A program made the position numbers and the translations under genes. A stretch of 64,000 bases of DNA from Octopus sinensis (taxonomy: Eukaryota), in assembly GCF_006345805.1 (NCBI RefSeq), contig NC_043007.1, positions 20,398,001 through 20,462,000 on the forward strand, in the 5' to 3' direction. Shown one piece after another: positions 1 through 13,940 of this stretch. Within the stretch, counting starts at the first letter, position 1, and every line of letters begins with the position of its first letter. The notes under the pieces are model-generated. The model was not told the origin of the DNA and searched no databases. It saw nothing but the letters and a program-made list of their open reading frames with translations.

Positions 1-1517
1 CAGATTAACTATTTTGGCCGGATATGGCCGGTTTAAATACTAAAGGGTCAAGTGAATGCTTGAGTCACAAGCAACTGTATACCTACTTTTGTCTAGCTCT
101 GTTATTATTTCAATGAAATTACAATAACTTATGATTTTACATCTTTACGATATTCTTTGCTGATTTTGTAGTTCTGATTTCTTTGTTTTAGTTCCTATAG
201 ACTCGTTAATTTTTCATAGTCTCTGTTAATTTATATCCTTCTATTCAAACACATATTTAGTCTACCACTGTCACATGCATTTCCTTCTTTTATTTCTATC
301 ATATCTTCCCTTTATTCCATTATTGTTATTTTATTCTTCTTCTCCCTGTTATTTTATTTCCATCCCCTGTAAGTGTTGTGTATGGACTTTGAATTGGTTA
401 AAAAAAAAAATCTCGCTATAGCCATTATCAACTGTCTGCTGCTCAAACGAAAACCTGCTGTATCCTATAATTTATATTTTTTTATTAACCTGAAAATATG
501 TCGTAAACCAAGTACTTCCGAGTTTCGTGTGATATTGTTTTGTGTAGTTTCACTGAATCCTTTTATTTCATCCATATCTCCTAATTTAGGAAGCTATCCC
601 TTTGAAAGAAATAGCTGTTACCGATTCTTTTCCTGACAGCTTATGTCAGTCCATTATCTCTATTTGTCTGCAGATTTATAAAATGTTAAACGATGTTGTC
701 TTGGTAAATTCTGTGATGTTTCTGGATGTTGTACCAGATTTCCTCAAATCTAATAACCATTTTTCATTTTCCAGTGGTATGATGTAATATTGTTGGATAC
801 CTACAAATAAAAGTTAATTTTCTTTTTCTGTTCAGAATTTTATCTCTAAAAATCTTCCAACAAAGAGAAAAAAGTAAATAAAATATGAAAGTTATTTCTT
901 CTTTTCTTTTCATTTTTGGTGTAATTGTGAATATATTTATGAATTCCTTTTTTTTTTTTTTTTTTTTTTTTTCCTGATCCATTTTTAATATTTGTTTGTT
1001 CCAAAGCTCAAAATTGAGTACTGATATTTTACGAAAAAGTATAATTTTAAAATAACTGTTTGTTGAATTTTACTTATTTTGTTCATTTCAAGTTGTTGTT
1101 GTTTCTTTTATTTGCTGAACCAATATTCCAAAATAATTGCACTCCAAATCTTTTATTTGCTTCCTTATTTTTGTATTTCTTCAAATATATTTTTAAAATC
1201 AAAATACCATTACTATTGCTGGTATGACCTTCAAAACAATATTTTCTACACATTGTTCTCTTCCAAAATGTATTTACGAAATATTTCTTTCATCTACTCC
1301 AAGATTATTCTTCTGCTAGTTTTATGGACACCATCTTTTTTTCTTAGTTGATTTATTTTAGTGAACTTCAGAGTTGTTAGTCAATGTGAGAAAAACTCAT
1401 TTTAGTTTTAAAATATTTTAACTAAATTTCTAATAACTTGCATTGAAGCTTCCAACAGAATATTGCTTTTATGATAAGCATTTTTTTTTTAATGTGTGGA
1501 GGTAGTTAAGAGAGACT

Positions 1518-1928
1518 TTAACCCTTTCATTACTGTATTTCTGTTGAGATGCTCTGTGTTTCTTTCAATTACTTTAAATATAACAAAGAATTTAGTAAAA
1601 TAACTTAGTTATCATTAAGCTGGTGTTAGGAACATAAACTGTGACTAAGGTTTGGTGGAAGATTTTAATTCAAAACTTTTGGAAACAAGACATTTGTACT
1701 ACAGAACCAGAACTGGTTTCAGCCATTTGAGATGCTCTGTGTTTCTTTCAATTACTTTAAATATAATAAAGAATTTAGTAAAATAACTTAGTTATCATTC
1801 AGCTAGTGTCAGGAACATAAATTGTGACTAAGGTTTGGTGGAAGATTTTAATTCAGAACTTATGAAAACAAGACATTTGTACTCAGAGCCAGAGCCGGTT
1901 TCAGCCGGGTTGGTAATGAAAGGGTTAA
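1518..1928. mobile_element. piggyBac-like MITE family 1 (internal tandem duplication here); other copies 20386-20613, 45215-45442, ~58765-58973
   Basis: TTAA-CCCTTT ... AAAGGG-TTAA ends around a shared ~225-bp body. Confidence 0.85.
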
Positions 1929-2149
1929 GCCAGTCTCATATAGTTCTATATCATGTTTTGTACAATCCACTATATGAGGAAAGGAGGAAAAGGTTATATA
2001 TATATATATATTTATATATGTTATGCTTGTATACACATGCATATTTAAGAGATGTCTAAAATTAATGTGAAAACAGTCAAAAATTTTTATTAACTGACGT
2101 AATTCATTCAAATTGCACGTGTTGGCCGAGTAACTCTTTCTTTACACAA

Positions 2150-2488
2150 AGCTACAACTCAATGTAGTCTCCATCACAAGTGTTGCATTTGTACCATTGT
2201 TGATCTCATCTCATGAAACCCCTTTGAAAAAGAATTCAAGTGTGTCCTGTGGCTTTTACATCTTCACAGCCACTTTCACCTCTTCTACTCTTTTACTTGT
2301 TTCAGTCATTTGACTGCGGCCATGCTGGAGCACCACCTTTAATCGAGCAACTCGACCCCGGAACTTATTCTTTTTGTAAGCCCAGTACTTATTCTATCGG
2401 TCTCTTTTTGCCGAACTGCTAAGTAACGGGGGACATAAACACACCAGCATCGGTTGTCAAGCAATGCTAGGAGGACAAACACAAACAT

Positions 2489-2556
<68 letters not shown>

Positions 2557-3840
2557 GACAGGCTTCTTTCAGTTTCCGTCTACCAAATCCACTCACAAGG
2601 CTTTGGTCAGCCCGAGGCTATAGTAGAAGACACTTGCCCAAGGTGCCACGCAGTGGGACTGAACCCGGAACCATGTGGTTGGTAAGCAAGCTACTTACCA
2701 CACAGTCACTCCTACGCCTTCTATGTCATTAAAATCTTATCCCCTAAGACTTCATTCATTGTCCCAAAGAGGTGGAAGTCAGAGGGTATCAGATCTAGGC
2801 TGTGTGGAAGATGGAGAACCACTGACCAGCCCAGTTTGCCAGTTGCCTGTGGTTATACATTGTCCTGGTCAATGTAAATAGTTTTCAAATTCTTACTCGG
2901 TCACTTCCTCCTAATGGCTTCTCTAAAATATTTGAGATTCTCTGTGTACCATTCAACCGTTCACTGTACAATCATGTTCCAGGAAATTAAGGAAAATGAT
3001 GCCCTTACCATCCTAAAAAAACAGTCATCCTGGTTTTCTGTGTTGTCTGCTGGTTCTTGGACCTTCTAGGCTTTGGAGAAAAGGTATGGCACCATTCCAT
3101 GGACTAAGCCTTTGTTTCCAAGTCATAAAGACACACCAAAGTTTCACCCCCTGATTACCAAATTGGGATAAAAACATCACATCAACATTGGCATCAAATA
3201 TCCCTGCAAATCAAAGCAGGTTTCTACCCTTCTCTCCTTCAAACTGGGTATCACCTGCCAAAGTACCCACTTTGTTCACATTTCTTATTTCTTTACTGCC
3301 CACAGGGGACAAACAAGGACAGACAAACAGATTAAGTCGATTATATCGACCCTAGTGCGTAACTGGTACTTATTTACACGACCCCGAAAGGATGAAAGGC
3401 AAAGTCGACCTCGGCGGAATTTGAACTCAGAACGTAACGACAGATGAAATACTGCCAAGCATTTTGCCTGGCGTGCTAACGATTCTGCCAGCTCGCCACC
3501 TTAACTTTGTTCACACTTTCTGATACCCAAGGCCTTCCATCTTCTGTAATGTAGTACAGTCACAGTCCAGTTTTGCAGCAAGTTCACAGTTTGTGACTCC
3601 TCTGTCCATGCAAATCAATATATCTACTCGTCAGCGATTCATTTCAGTGGTCAGAAATTATTGTCTCTCAATGTGTGATTTTTCTTAAATACCAGTTTCT
3701 CCTTCTTTGAACATTTTCATCCGTCTATGCACATTGCTCACGTCAGCGGTATCATCTTTGTAAACTACCTGTAACATCCTGTGGATATTGGACAGCCTGT
3801 ACCCTTCCTTCATCAGGAACTTTACTTTCGCTTTCAATAA
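2150..3840 (-). mobile_element. Decayed mariner (Tc1/mariner) transposase relic, interrupted by two SINEs
   Basis: - strand fragments: AKVKFLMKEGYRLSNIHRMLQVVYKDD (HTH, ~3750-3830), HSLDLIPSDFHLFG (YSPDLAPSD-like, ~2760-2810), WYKC..CDGDYIE (C-terminus, ~2160-2200). Stops and frameshifts present. Confidence 0.75.
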
Positions 3841-4026
3841 AAAAAAAAGAAGAGAAAGAATATTTGCTGTAAAGTAAGTTACCCTACCAACATGAGCGAT
3901 TTGAATAATCCATGTCTCTTAACAAGAGTTACACTCACACCAGCATTAGTTTTGTTATAAACCTCACCCACACACATACTCATACACACACACTGCAAAT
4001 AAAAATATTGAAAATCTCCTTTACAT

Positions 4027-4254
4027 TTAACCCTTTAGTGTTTAAACCAGCCCTATCCGGCCAAAATATTCTACCTATTTTATGTTCAAACTAGTCAGAT
4101 ATGGTCATTCATAGCTACCTTATTGTGTCATTTAAAAAATAAACAATCACATCATTGAAATCTCAAAGCCATGAAATGATACAAGATTAATTTTACATGG
4201 TGTGAATACATAAGCTTTACATTTGACAGAATAATCTGAATGCTAAAGGGTTAA
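4027..4254. mobile_element. piggyBac-like MITE family 2; other copies 43211-43439, ~24790-25003, ~26350-27399 (interrupted), partial 1-50
   Basis: TTAA-CCCTTT ... AAAGGG-TTAA ends; shared CCGGCCAAAATATTCTAC core. Confidence 0.8.
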
Positions 4255-5409
4255 AGATCTTTTTGAAGACCACAGCATTTTCATTTAAAGAAATATAATG
4301 ATTTTTTTTTTTCCAGTACTTTCTTAGTTGTACAGTTTTATTGTATGTAATAGGTCATATATTTCAAATTAACATAGACTGTCAACAGCAGGGAACATTG
4401 AAAATTTGATGGTGATCTTATGCAATTATGCTGTTCTGATTTTTAACTGCTTCCAAGTTGTTTTCTTCAATCTATCATCTAAATTATTATAAACCTTATA
4501 AATAAAGAATTCTCTTTATTGTTTGTCATTATTGTGGCAGAGTGACAGAAATAACGGAGTGCACTTTTAGTTATGTTGAATCTATGTTTTGAGTTCAAAT
4601 ACTACCTTTTATCCTTCCAGGATAAAAAAAAAAATGTTAACAAGTCGCAGGATTGGCTGCGTGGTAAGTAGCTTGATTACCAACCACATGGTTCTGGGTT
4701 CAGTCCCACTGCGTGGCATCTTGGGCAAGTGTCTTCTGCTATAGCCACGGGCCGACCAATGCTTTGTGAGTGGATTTGGTAGACGGAAACTGAAAGAAGC
4801 CTGTCGTATATATGTATATATATATATATGTGTGTGTATGTGTTTGTGTGTCTGTGTTTGTCCCCCTAGCATTGCTTGACAACCGATGCTGGTGTGTTTA
4901 CGTCCCTGTCACTTAGCGGTTCGGCAAAAAGAGACTGATAGAATAAGTACTGGGCTTACAAAGAATAAGTCCCGGGGTCGATTTGCTCGACTAAATGCGG
5001 TGCTCCAGCATGGCCGCAGTCAAATGACTGAAACAAGTAAAAGAGAAAAAAAAAGAGAAAGTCAAGTACAAATTCCATTAGAACCAACTCTACTACTCTC
5101 TACAGACTCATTGGTCTTCACAAGTAATTTGTTCATAGTAGGAAGGATTTCTTACATTGGAACATTGCTATGTCTTGCAAAGAACTTTCACATGCAAGTG
5201 CTATCAGTCAAAAACTCCATATACCGGAAGCCAGCAAGTGTATGGGGTCATCAGGAGAGAATACGCACTGTTTCGGGGCCTACCTCTCGACGGCATCAAT
5301 GTGCACCAGCCCCCTCACTGATATGAGGCCCTACTTATTTATGAAGAAAAATAGAAAATAGTTGAATGAATCAACTTCAGTACATGACTAGTAGCTATTT
5401 TATTGATCA

Positions 5410-5995
5410 TGGCACGTGACCTGCTGTGCTTGAGGAGACCTATTGAGTCAAGTACATCAACATCAAAATAAATATCAAATGGAAATTGTAGTAGTGATAC
5501 CTGTGCCGGTGGCACGTAAAAAGCACCATCCGAACGTGGCCGATGCCAGCACCGCCTTGACTGGCTTCTGTGCCAGTGACATGTAAAAAGTATCAACAGA
5601 TCGTGGCCACTGCCAGCCTCCCCTGGCACCTGTGCAGGTGGCACGTAAAAAGCACCATCCGTACGTGGCCGATGCCAGCGCCTCCTTGACTGGCTTCCGT
5701 GTTGGTGGCACGTAAAAACCACCAACTGATTGTGGCCACTGCCAACCTCCCCTGGCACGTAAAAAGCACCATCCGTATGTGGCTGATGCCAGCGCTGCTT
5801 TGACTGGCTTCCGTGCCAGTGGCATGTAAAAAGCACCCACTACACTCATGGAATGGTTGGCGTTAGGAAGGGCATCCAGCTGTAGAAACACTGCCAGATC
5901 AGACTGGAGCCTGGTGCAGCCTCCTGGCTTCTCAGACCCCGGTCGAACCATCCAACTTGTGCTAGTACAGAAAACGGACGTTAAATGCTGATGAA
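5410..5995 (+). mobile_element. 5'-truncated 3' UTR of the same RTE LINE (representative of about 18 copies)
   Basis: Other copies (approximate): 6577-6775(-), 12186-12688(-), 13337-13702(-), 18470-18633(+), 22806-23190(+), 32688-33000(-), 35625-36056(+), 38718-39140(-), 40711-41345, 42790-43052(+), 43705-44043(+), 48545-48789(+), 50868-51135(-), 51445-51929(+), 59520-59806(+). Confidence 0.85.
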
Positions 5996-8900
5996 TGATT
6001 ATAATCCTAATCTATCACCTGTTTGCATTTTATCAATGTACTGTTTTAAAGTTCTACTGAGCAAACGCTGTGTCTGTGTGTGTGATATTTAGTGCAGAAG
6101 AAAGTTAATAAGAAAGATTAATATTGTATTTTGGTTGAGTCAGTCTTTTGCTACTCTGAGTTTCATGTGCAGGAGCACAGGTAAACTCAGAGTAGCATGA
6201 GAGGGTCTCAACCAAAATAAAATGAAACTATATACATTTTTCCCCGGACCGGGTGTTGGGTGTTGTGAGTGTTTATCGAGGTTCCAGCAAGGGTGGGGGG
6301 TGAACCCTGCTGTACTCTTTCATCACAACTTCCTCTCACTCTTTCTTTCTGTTTCTGTTGTACCTGTATTTCAAAGGGCCAGCCTTATCACACTCTGTGT
6401 CACGCTGAATCTTCCCGAGAACTACGTTAAAGGTACACGTGTCTGTGGAGTGCTCAGCCACTTACACGTTAATTTCACAAGCAGGCTGTTCCGTTGATTG
6501 GATCAACTGGAACCCTCCTCATCTTAACCAACGGAGTGCCACGTAATGTGTGTGTGTATGTGTATATATATATATATCATCATCATCATTTAACATCCAC
6601 TTTCTATGCTAGCATGGGTTGGACGGTTCGACCAGGGTCTGGGAAGCCAGGAGGCTGCACCAGGCTCCAGTCTGATCTGGCAGTGTTTCTACAGCTGGAT
6701 GCCCTTCCTAACGCCAACCACTCTGAGTGTAGTGGGTGCTTTTTACGTGCCACCGACACGGAGGCCGAGAAAGATATACTAGTTCTCAAAACAGATAATA
6801 AAAAAAAGCATTGGCTATTGTTGTTTAATATCTTATGTATTAAGTACAGTTAATACAGCATCATCAAAAATATCATAAATTCTGTAGATGGATGGCTTTT
6901 CTATGTGTGTCAGATGACAAAGGATTGCACTGTAGTGTACGTCATTCCACATGCACTAAGAAATGACAATTTGTAAACCCATCCAACCTTTGCCTGCTTA
7001 GAAAAACCTGACATAAAATGATGGTGATATTATACCAACTAAATTACTTTGCCCTAGAAAGAGATTATGTAAACAGATTAGATTTCGACTTAATTTTGCT
7101 GTTTATACTTTACAAAAGTCTTTTTTGTTTTACATTAGCTTTGGTATGGAGGAAAGGGTTGTGCTCATGACTTTTGCATTCCCTCTGAGACCTTGAGATC
7201 AAATTGGCTAACAGTTTTAGCTACTACCAGTAGTATTGCCCAGCGTTGCTCGGGTTTGCTTCGACCCTTTAGAATTGGAATTTTTGAAAAGTAAAAATTT
7301 TGCATCATGTAGCTTGCATCATGTAGCTCTTTAAGGGAACAATTTTCTGGTTTAAATACACCGAAAAATGGCGACACAGCAGTAAAAAAATCATTAAAAA
7401 ATAGGGATTTTCATAGAAAGAAAGCACCTTTTTGATGTAAATAATTTTTGGTGTTAACATGGTCCGATTTGAATTTTATCTTCTACAGAAGGAAGAGCAA
7501 GCCTTCTACCATACTCTCAATTTCAATGACACAGCAATTTGAATTTTTTCTTCTATCATACTCTCAATTTTGGTCAACTTGCGCCGCAGGGTCTTGGAGG
7601 AGAGTGTTAGTTGAAGGCTACCAAACCTGCTACACACAGACAACTTCAGCTTTATATATATAGATTTGTTGCTTAACTTCATGTCAATCTTGATCCAGCA
7701 GTGGTGGGTTGACAAAATCATTAGTGCATTGGATCAAATACTTAGCAGCATTTCTCCTAACTCGTCAGGTTCTGAGTTCAACTTTGACTTTCATCTTTTC
7801 AGGGTTGATAAAATAAGAACCAGTTGAGACTGGAGCTGATGTGACAATTAACCCTTTGCCCTCAAATTGCTGGCCTTATGCCAAAATTTGAAACCGTGAA
7901 TCAGTAGACCTGTGATCAATCATGACCACCCTGTTGTTTTAGGAGTATGAAACACTACAGGGTGTCCACAAAGTCTGGGTACATAGAGTAAATAAAATCA
8001 AAGCATAAACAATTAAATATAAGAAATGATAATTTCTTAAAGCAGGAGTGGCTGTGTGGTAAGTAGTTTGTTTACCAACCACATGATTCCGGGTTCAGTC
8101 GCACTGCATGGCACCTTGGGCAAGTGTCTTCTACTATAGCCTCGGGCCGACCAAAGCCTTGTGAGTGGATTTGGTAGACGGAAACTGAAAAGAAGCCTGT
8201 CGTATATATGTATATATATATATATATGCGTGTGTGTGTTTGTCCCCTAGCATTGCTTGACAACCGATGCTCGTGTGTTTATGTCCCCGTTACTTAGCAG
8301 TTCAGCAAAAGAGGCCGATAGAATAAGTACTGGGCTTACAAAGAGAATAAGTCCCGGGGTCGAGTTGCTCAATTAAAGGCGGTGCTCCAGCATGGCCACA
8401 GTCAAATGACTGAAACAAATAAAAGGATATACCCAGAAGTTAAGTTGATTACATCGACCCCAGTGCTTGGCTGGTTCTTATTCTATTGATCCCAAAAGAA
8501 TGAAAGGCGAGGTTGACTTTGCTGCAATTCAAAACTCAGAACATAAAGACAGACGAAATACCTATTTCTTTATTGTCCACAAGGGGCTAAACACAGAGAG
8601 AACAAACAAGGACAAACGGATTAAGTCGATTATATCAACCCCAATGCATAACTGGTACTTAATTTATTGACCCTGAAAGGATGAAAGGCAAAGTCGACCT
8701 CGGTGGAATTTGACCTCAGAACGTAGCGGCAGACGAAATACCTATTTCTTTACTACCCACAAGGGGTTAAACACAGAGGAGACAAACGGATTAAGTTGAT
8801 TATATCGACTCCAGTGCGTAACTGGTGCTTATTTAATCGACCCCGAAAGGATGATTAAATAAGTACCAGTTACACACTGGGGTCAATGTAATCGACTTAA

Positions 8901-9234
8901 TCCATTTGTCTGTCCTTGTTTGTCCCTTCTATGTTTAGCCCCGTTACTCGCTTCAATGAATGAATATGGTCATCGCGTGACTAGGATTGGGGCTTCAGAC
9001 ACAACTACCACAGCTGGACACACTGCGTTCTCCTGCTCCAACGGTTTATTCCGTCAGAATCCTACTTGTGTTCTAGCTCAATTTTCATCTTCGTTGCCTG
9101 CTAGACCGTCTTCCGTCCTCTCAAACCCCGAAGACGCAGATACATCTGACACAACATGGCCAAAATATTATAGTTATTGTTGTTCAACTACCATCACTGG
9201 TTTTCGTTCTGCTTCCATTTTTCCACAGGATCTT

Positions 9235-9649
9235 GGATCTTTTCGGTTTGAACGGCAGTTTTTTAAAATAATTTCCACGTAACTAAACACTTTTAAACTT
9301 CGTATATTGGTAGAATGTGTTTATAAAACATCTTTTTCTCTTGGCTTTAATGAGAAAATTCTGTAGTTTGTAAGATATTTGGGTTTTTTTCATCAATTTC
9401 TGCAATTTCAACCAATCAATGACATCTATTGAGGTGAAAAACATTCTGTGCCGTATGAATATGTCCCTCATTTAAGAAACAGATTGGGTTTATTTACATT
9501 TGTGAAGAAAAAAGATGCCCTTCCCCCCACCCCTAACCCTAACCCTAAAACAGATTGAAATGCAATAGATCGATACTAGGGTCATAATTATGGGTGACAA
9601 TTTCATATGACACCGCTAGAAAAAACTGCCGTTCAAACCGAAAAGATCC
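9235..9649. mobile_element. TIR element with internal telomere-like CCCTAA motif; partial inverted copy about 59972-60341, related element about 53010-53266
   Basis: 29-bp perfect TIR GGATCTTTTCGGTTTGAACGGCAGTTTTT; CCCTAACCCTAACCCTAA at about 9531-9548. Confidence 0.8.
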
Positions 9650-12019
9650 TCTATATGTCTTCATTTTTCAATTCCTTCAATTTTGTTCCAATTGATTTCA
9701 AATTTGCTGTATTGATGTAGTTTTGAATGCAAATATTGGAAATTAAATTCTTTTTTGTCATAAATCGATAATTAAAAAGTTAATAGCTTTTGATATTTGC
9801 AAATTTTGAGTAATTTTCTCCAATCAGAAGCCAGAGACACATTTGTGCCTGTTTCCATAGTAACAAGCCAAGCTGTTGTGTAACATGGTTATTTGTTTTG
9901 ATGTCGTCTCCAGCCACGTGGAGTTTACGTTGAGTTTTCCAACATGAACTGATCTCCAGTTTGTTTTATCTTTAAATGTCCAGTTTTTGCTTTCGTAACT
10001 TAACGTCCGTTTTCAGTTCCTTCATTTCCGTAATTTTTCGAATTGCATGTCTGTTCCAGAATTTCACATGATTAAAAACTTATTTTAAAACTTCCGTCGT
10101 TGAATGTTTTTGTCGTCGTCCTGTTGTCATCACGCACAAAATGCCAGCTTCCAAAATCATCTCGAACGCCCCTTTCCCGCTTCAGTCATTTTGTGTCGGC
10201 TACCCGTAGGGTCCGAGCTTCACACCCAAAGCAGAAGTTTACGATTTAAGGAAAACAGATTTGGTAACTGTTCCTAACATATCTAGCCGTCACGTTGGCG
10301 CTACCTTTGTTGTTTCATCTGAACATATACATACAATACATAAGACTAGAATTGTGAGGAATTTGGCTACTCGTTTGGTAAGTACACTAAAACGAGCCCG
10401 AAGTTTAAATATTAAACGAGTAGTTTTATTAATATTACACTGTTTGTAAACGCCTTTTAAACGTAAGCTATACGGTTTCATATCTAAGGGGTTTCGGTAT
10501 TTGGAAACTATTTCCATTTCAGGTTGTTAATAGTTTTGTACTCTTTTACTGGCTTCATTTTTGTTGTATTTATGTTGTTTTAACTTCAGGTCAGAAATGC
10601 AGGCATCCCCACCACGTTACGCAATCTTGCGTTTCTGAGTATTTTCTATTTCTTTACTGCCCACAAAGGGGCTAAACATAGAGAGGACAAACAAGGATAG
10701 ACAAACGGATTAAGTCGATTACATTGACCCCAGTGCTGGTACTTATTTGATCGACCCCGAAAGGATGAAAGGCAAAGTCGACCTCGGCCGAATTTGAACT
10801 CAGAACGTAACGGCAGACGAAATACGGCTACGCATTTCGCCCGACGTGCTAACGATTCTGCTAGCTCGCCACCTTGTTCCTGAATATTTTGCCGTAACTT
10901 CGGATAAGCAATAATACAGAGATTTTATAGTATGATACAAACTCAGCCCGAATGATGCTGGTGGCTGTGTGAGAGGTGGTGATGTAGTAGGAATTACTGG
11001 GAGCAAGAATATCCAATACCTATTTCTTTACTACCCACAAGGGGCTAAACACAGAGAGGACAGACAAAGGTATTAAGTCGATTACATCGACCCCAGTGCG
11101 TAACTGGTACTTAATTTATCGACCCCGAAAGGATGAAAGGCAAAGTCGACCTCGGCGAAATCTGACTCAGAACGTAGCGGCAGGCGAAATACTGTCAAGC
11201 ATTTCGCCCGGCGTGCTAACGATTCTGCCAAGCGGGAGGAAGTAAAGAATACGTACACCACCCGATTTGGGCGTAACCCTAAATAACCTTAAATACCGGT
11301 GTGCGTATTCTTTACCTTTGCATTTAAGGCGTACCCTGGGCAGTTGCTCGAAAGAGGGAGTTAAAATTTAAGGAGCCAGTGTTAATACATGTATGATGTG
11401 GTTATGAATGCAGAGTTTTAATACATTGTTTTGCCCAAGAGCTTATAATGTTATGACCCCAAGAAGGGTTCTCTTATTTGCATTGTAGACTATCTCCAGT
11501 ATCTGCTAGAGGTGAAGAACTTATCCAAAGTAATTAACGTTTGCAGTGCATCGTCTCTGTGCAGCTCAGTGTAGGAACTAAGGTTATTGTGATTTCCTTT
11601 TTGTGGTACTCTTTTACTTGTTTCAGTCATTTGACTGCGGCCATGCTGGAGCACCGCCTTTAGTCGAACAAATCGACCCCAGGAATTATTCTTTGTAAGT
11701 ACTTATTCTATCGGTCTCTTTTGGTGTGTTTACGAGGACGTAAACACACCAGCATCGGTTGTCAAGCGATGTTGGCGGGGGGGGGGGCAAAGACAGACAC
11801 ACAAGCATACACACATACACATATATATATACACACAGATATATACCACAGGCTTCTTTCAGTTTCCATCTACCGAATCCACTTGCGAGGCTTTGGTCGG
11901 CCCAAGGCTATAGTAAAAGACACTTGCACAAGGTGCCATGCAGTGGGACTGAACCCGGAACCATGTGGCTGGTAAGCAAACTATTTACCACACAGCCACT
12001 CCTACGCCTGATATATAAC

Positions 12020-13060
12020 TTCCTTCAGTGAAATTTTGCTTGATTGCCAGGATAATTAAAAGCAGCTTTTGTTTGGGCCCTGACAGCTTTAACTATCATT
12101 TTAATGTTGTATAAATCAAAGTACCTCTTAAACATTTCAAATCAGCCTTTACTGCAAAGAAAAGATTTTTTAAAAATAGTATTTTCATCATCATCCCCAT
12201 CATCATTTAACGTCCGCTTTCCATGCTAGCATGGGTTGGACGATTTTGACTGAGGGCTAGTGAACCAGATGGCTGCATCAGGCTCCAATCTTGATCTGGC
12301 AGAGTTTCTACAGCTGGATGCCCCTCCTAATGCCAACCACTCCGTGAGTTTAGTGGGTACTTTTTATGTACCACCGGCACAGGCGGTACTGGCAATGACC
12401 TTGCTCGAATCTTTTTACACATGCCACCAGCACAGGTGCCAGTAAGGCAACGTTGGTAATGATCACGCTCGAAAGGTGCCCTTTTGCATGCCACCGGTAC
12501 GGAAGCCAGTTGGCTGCTCTGGCAACGATCACGCTTGGATGGTGGTCTTGGCACCCTACTAGCACTGGCACAAGTGCCAGTAAGGCGACGCTGGTAATGA
12601 TCACGCTCGAATGGTGCCCTTTTACATGCCACCGGTACGGAAGCCAGTTGGCTGCTCTGGCAACGATCACGCTCGGATGGTGTTCTTCTATCTGTAATTT
12701 GTCATACAAATTTGTATCTTTTGCCTGAATACCCACTGTGTTTATCAGCACATTACATCCAATCAGATTGTCATTCTACAGACTCAAAAGTTGTTCTACT
12801 TGAAGCATCACATCAAATCTGTAAAAAAAAAACAAATGTCCAGGGATTTAGTGTAGTTGCTGTTTGAGCACTTGCCCTAATTTCATCTTTGTTGCCATGT
12901 TCTGTTCCCAATGTAGTCATCACAAGCTATAGTGTTTTTGCAATTTGGTTAAATTTTTCTTCTTCATCAAACCTTTGTAAAAACATCAAGTTTAACATCC
13001 ATTATAATCTCTTTATGACTCCTTTTGGTAATGTTATCTTCACTAACACATTTTTAAAAA
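12020..13060 (-). mobile_element. Decayed Tigger/pogo-like transposase (CENP-B HTH region)
   Basis: Fragments IQAKDTNLYDKL and AVKG*FEMFKRYFDLYNIK..KAVRA..AA resemble pogo ASKGWF..FK.R motifs. Split by an RTE 3' end at 12186-12688. Confidence 0.55.
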
Positions 13061-13796
13061 TCTTCTTAATCAGGTGTGAATGCATTGCTTTTGGCCCTTC
13101 ACAAGACTTCTGAGATTTGTAGGAGTGAGGAAGGATGGTATTCTCAATCCAGGGACCTGGCTCAAATGCTTGCAACAGGGTGAACTCTATTAAAGGTATC
13201 CGAGGTACCATTGGTAGATTAAGTCTACTGTCCAAGTAGGTCATGGTGGGATTTGAACTCAGAAAACAAAGAGCTGGAACAAATACCACAAGGCATCCTG
13301 ATGTCCTTATAGTTCTGCCAATCCACTTCCCTGAAGTCATCATCATCATCCTCATCATCGTTTAACGTCCGCTTTCCATGCTAGCATGGGTTGGACGATT
13401 TTGACTGGGGGCTGGCGAACCAGATAGCTGCACCAGTCTCCAATCTTGATCTGACAGAGTTTCTACAGCTGGATGCCCTTCCTAACGCCAACCACTCTGA
13501 GAGTGTATTGGGTGCTTTTACGTGCCACCGGCACAGGGGCCAGTTAGGCGGTACTGGCAATGACCTCGCTCGAATCTTTTACACATGCCACCGGCACAGG
13601 TGCCAGTAAGGTGATGCTGGTAACGATCATGCTCCAATGGTGTCTTTTACGTGCCACCGGCATGGAGGCCAGATAGCCGCTCAGGTAACGATCACACTCA
13701 GATACATTTTTATTGGGCCCAAAAGGATAAAACCAAAGTTGATCCCAGCAGGATTTGAACTCAAGTGCTGAGTCTCAGAACAATCACTGTAAGGCA

Positions 13797-13940
13797 GTCT
13801 ATCTATCCGTCTGTCTGTCTGTCTGTCTCTCTCTATCTATCTATCTGTCTAACTATCTGTCTATCTATCTATCTATCTGTCTATCTCTCTGTCTATCTAT
13901 CTATCTATCTGTCTATCTATCTATCTATCTATCTATCTAT
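13797..13940. repeat. (TCTA)n/(TCTG)n microsatellite
   Basis: Seen directly in the sequence. Confidence 0.95.

Noticed and set aside
490-800. Apparent - strand exon (TTTGTAG ... CAG|GTTAAT) with a late ATG at 575 (MDEIKGFSETTQ...)
   Set aside because: All three frames contain stops, the peptide is unrecognisable and the surrounding A-rich DNA looks like decayed repeat. A 5' UTR exon cannot be excluded but is unsupported.
5215-5325. CTGATGA and GAAAC with nearby hairpins on the - strand
   Set aside because: The elements are in the wrong order and stem I does not pair.
8950-9230. 120-aa ORF at 8920-9282 as a gene
   Set aside because: It starts in a SINE and ends in a TIR element; the opposite strand shows a stop-ridden YFGHV-like LINE remnant.
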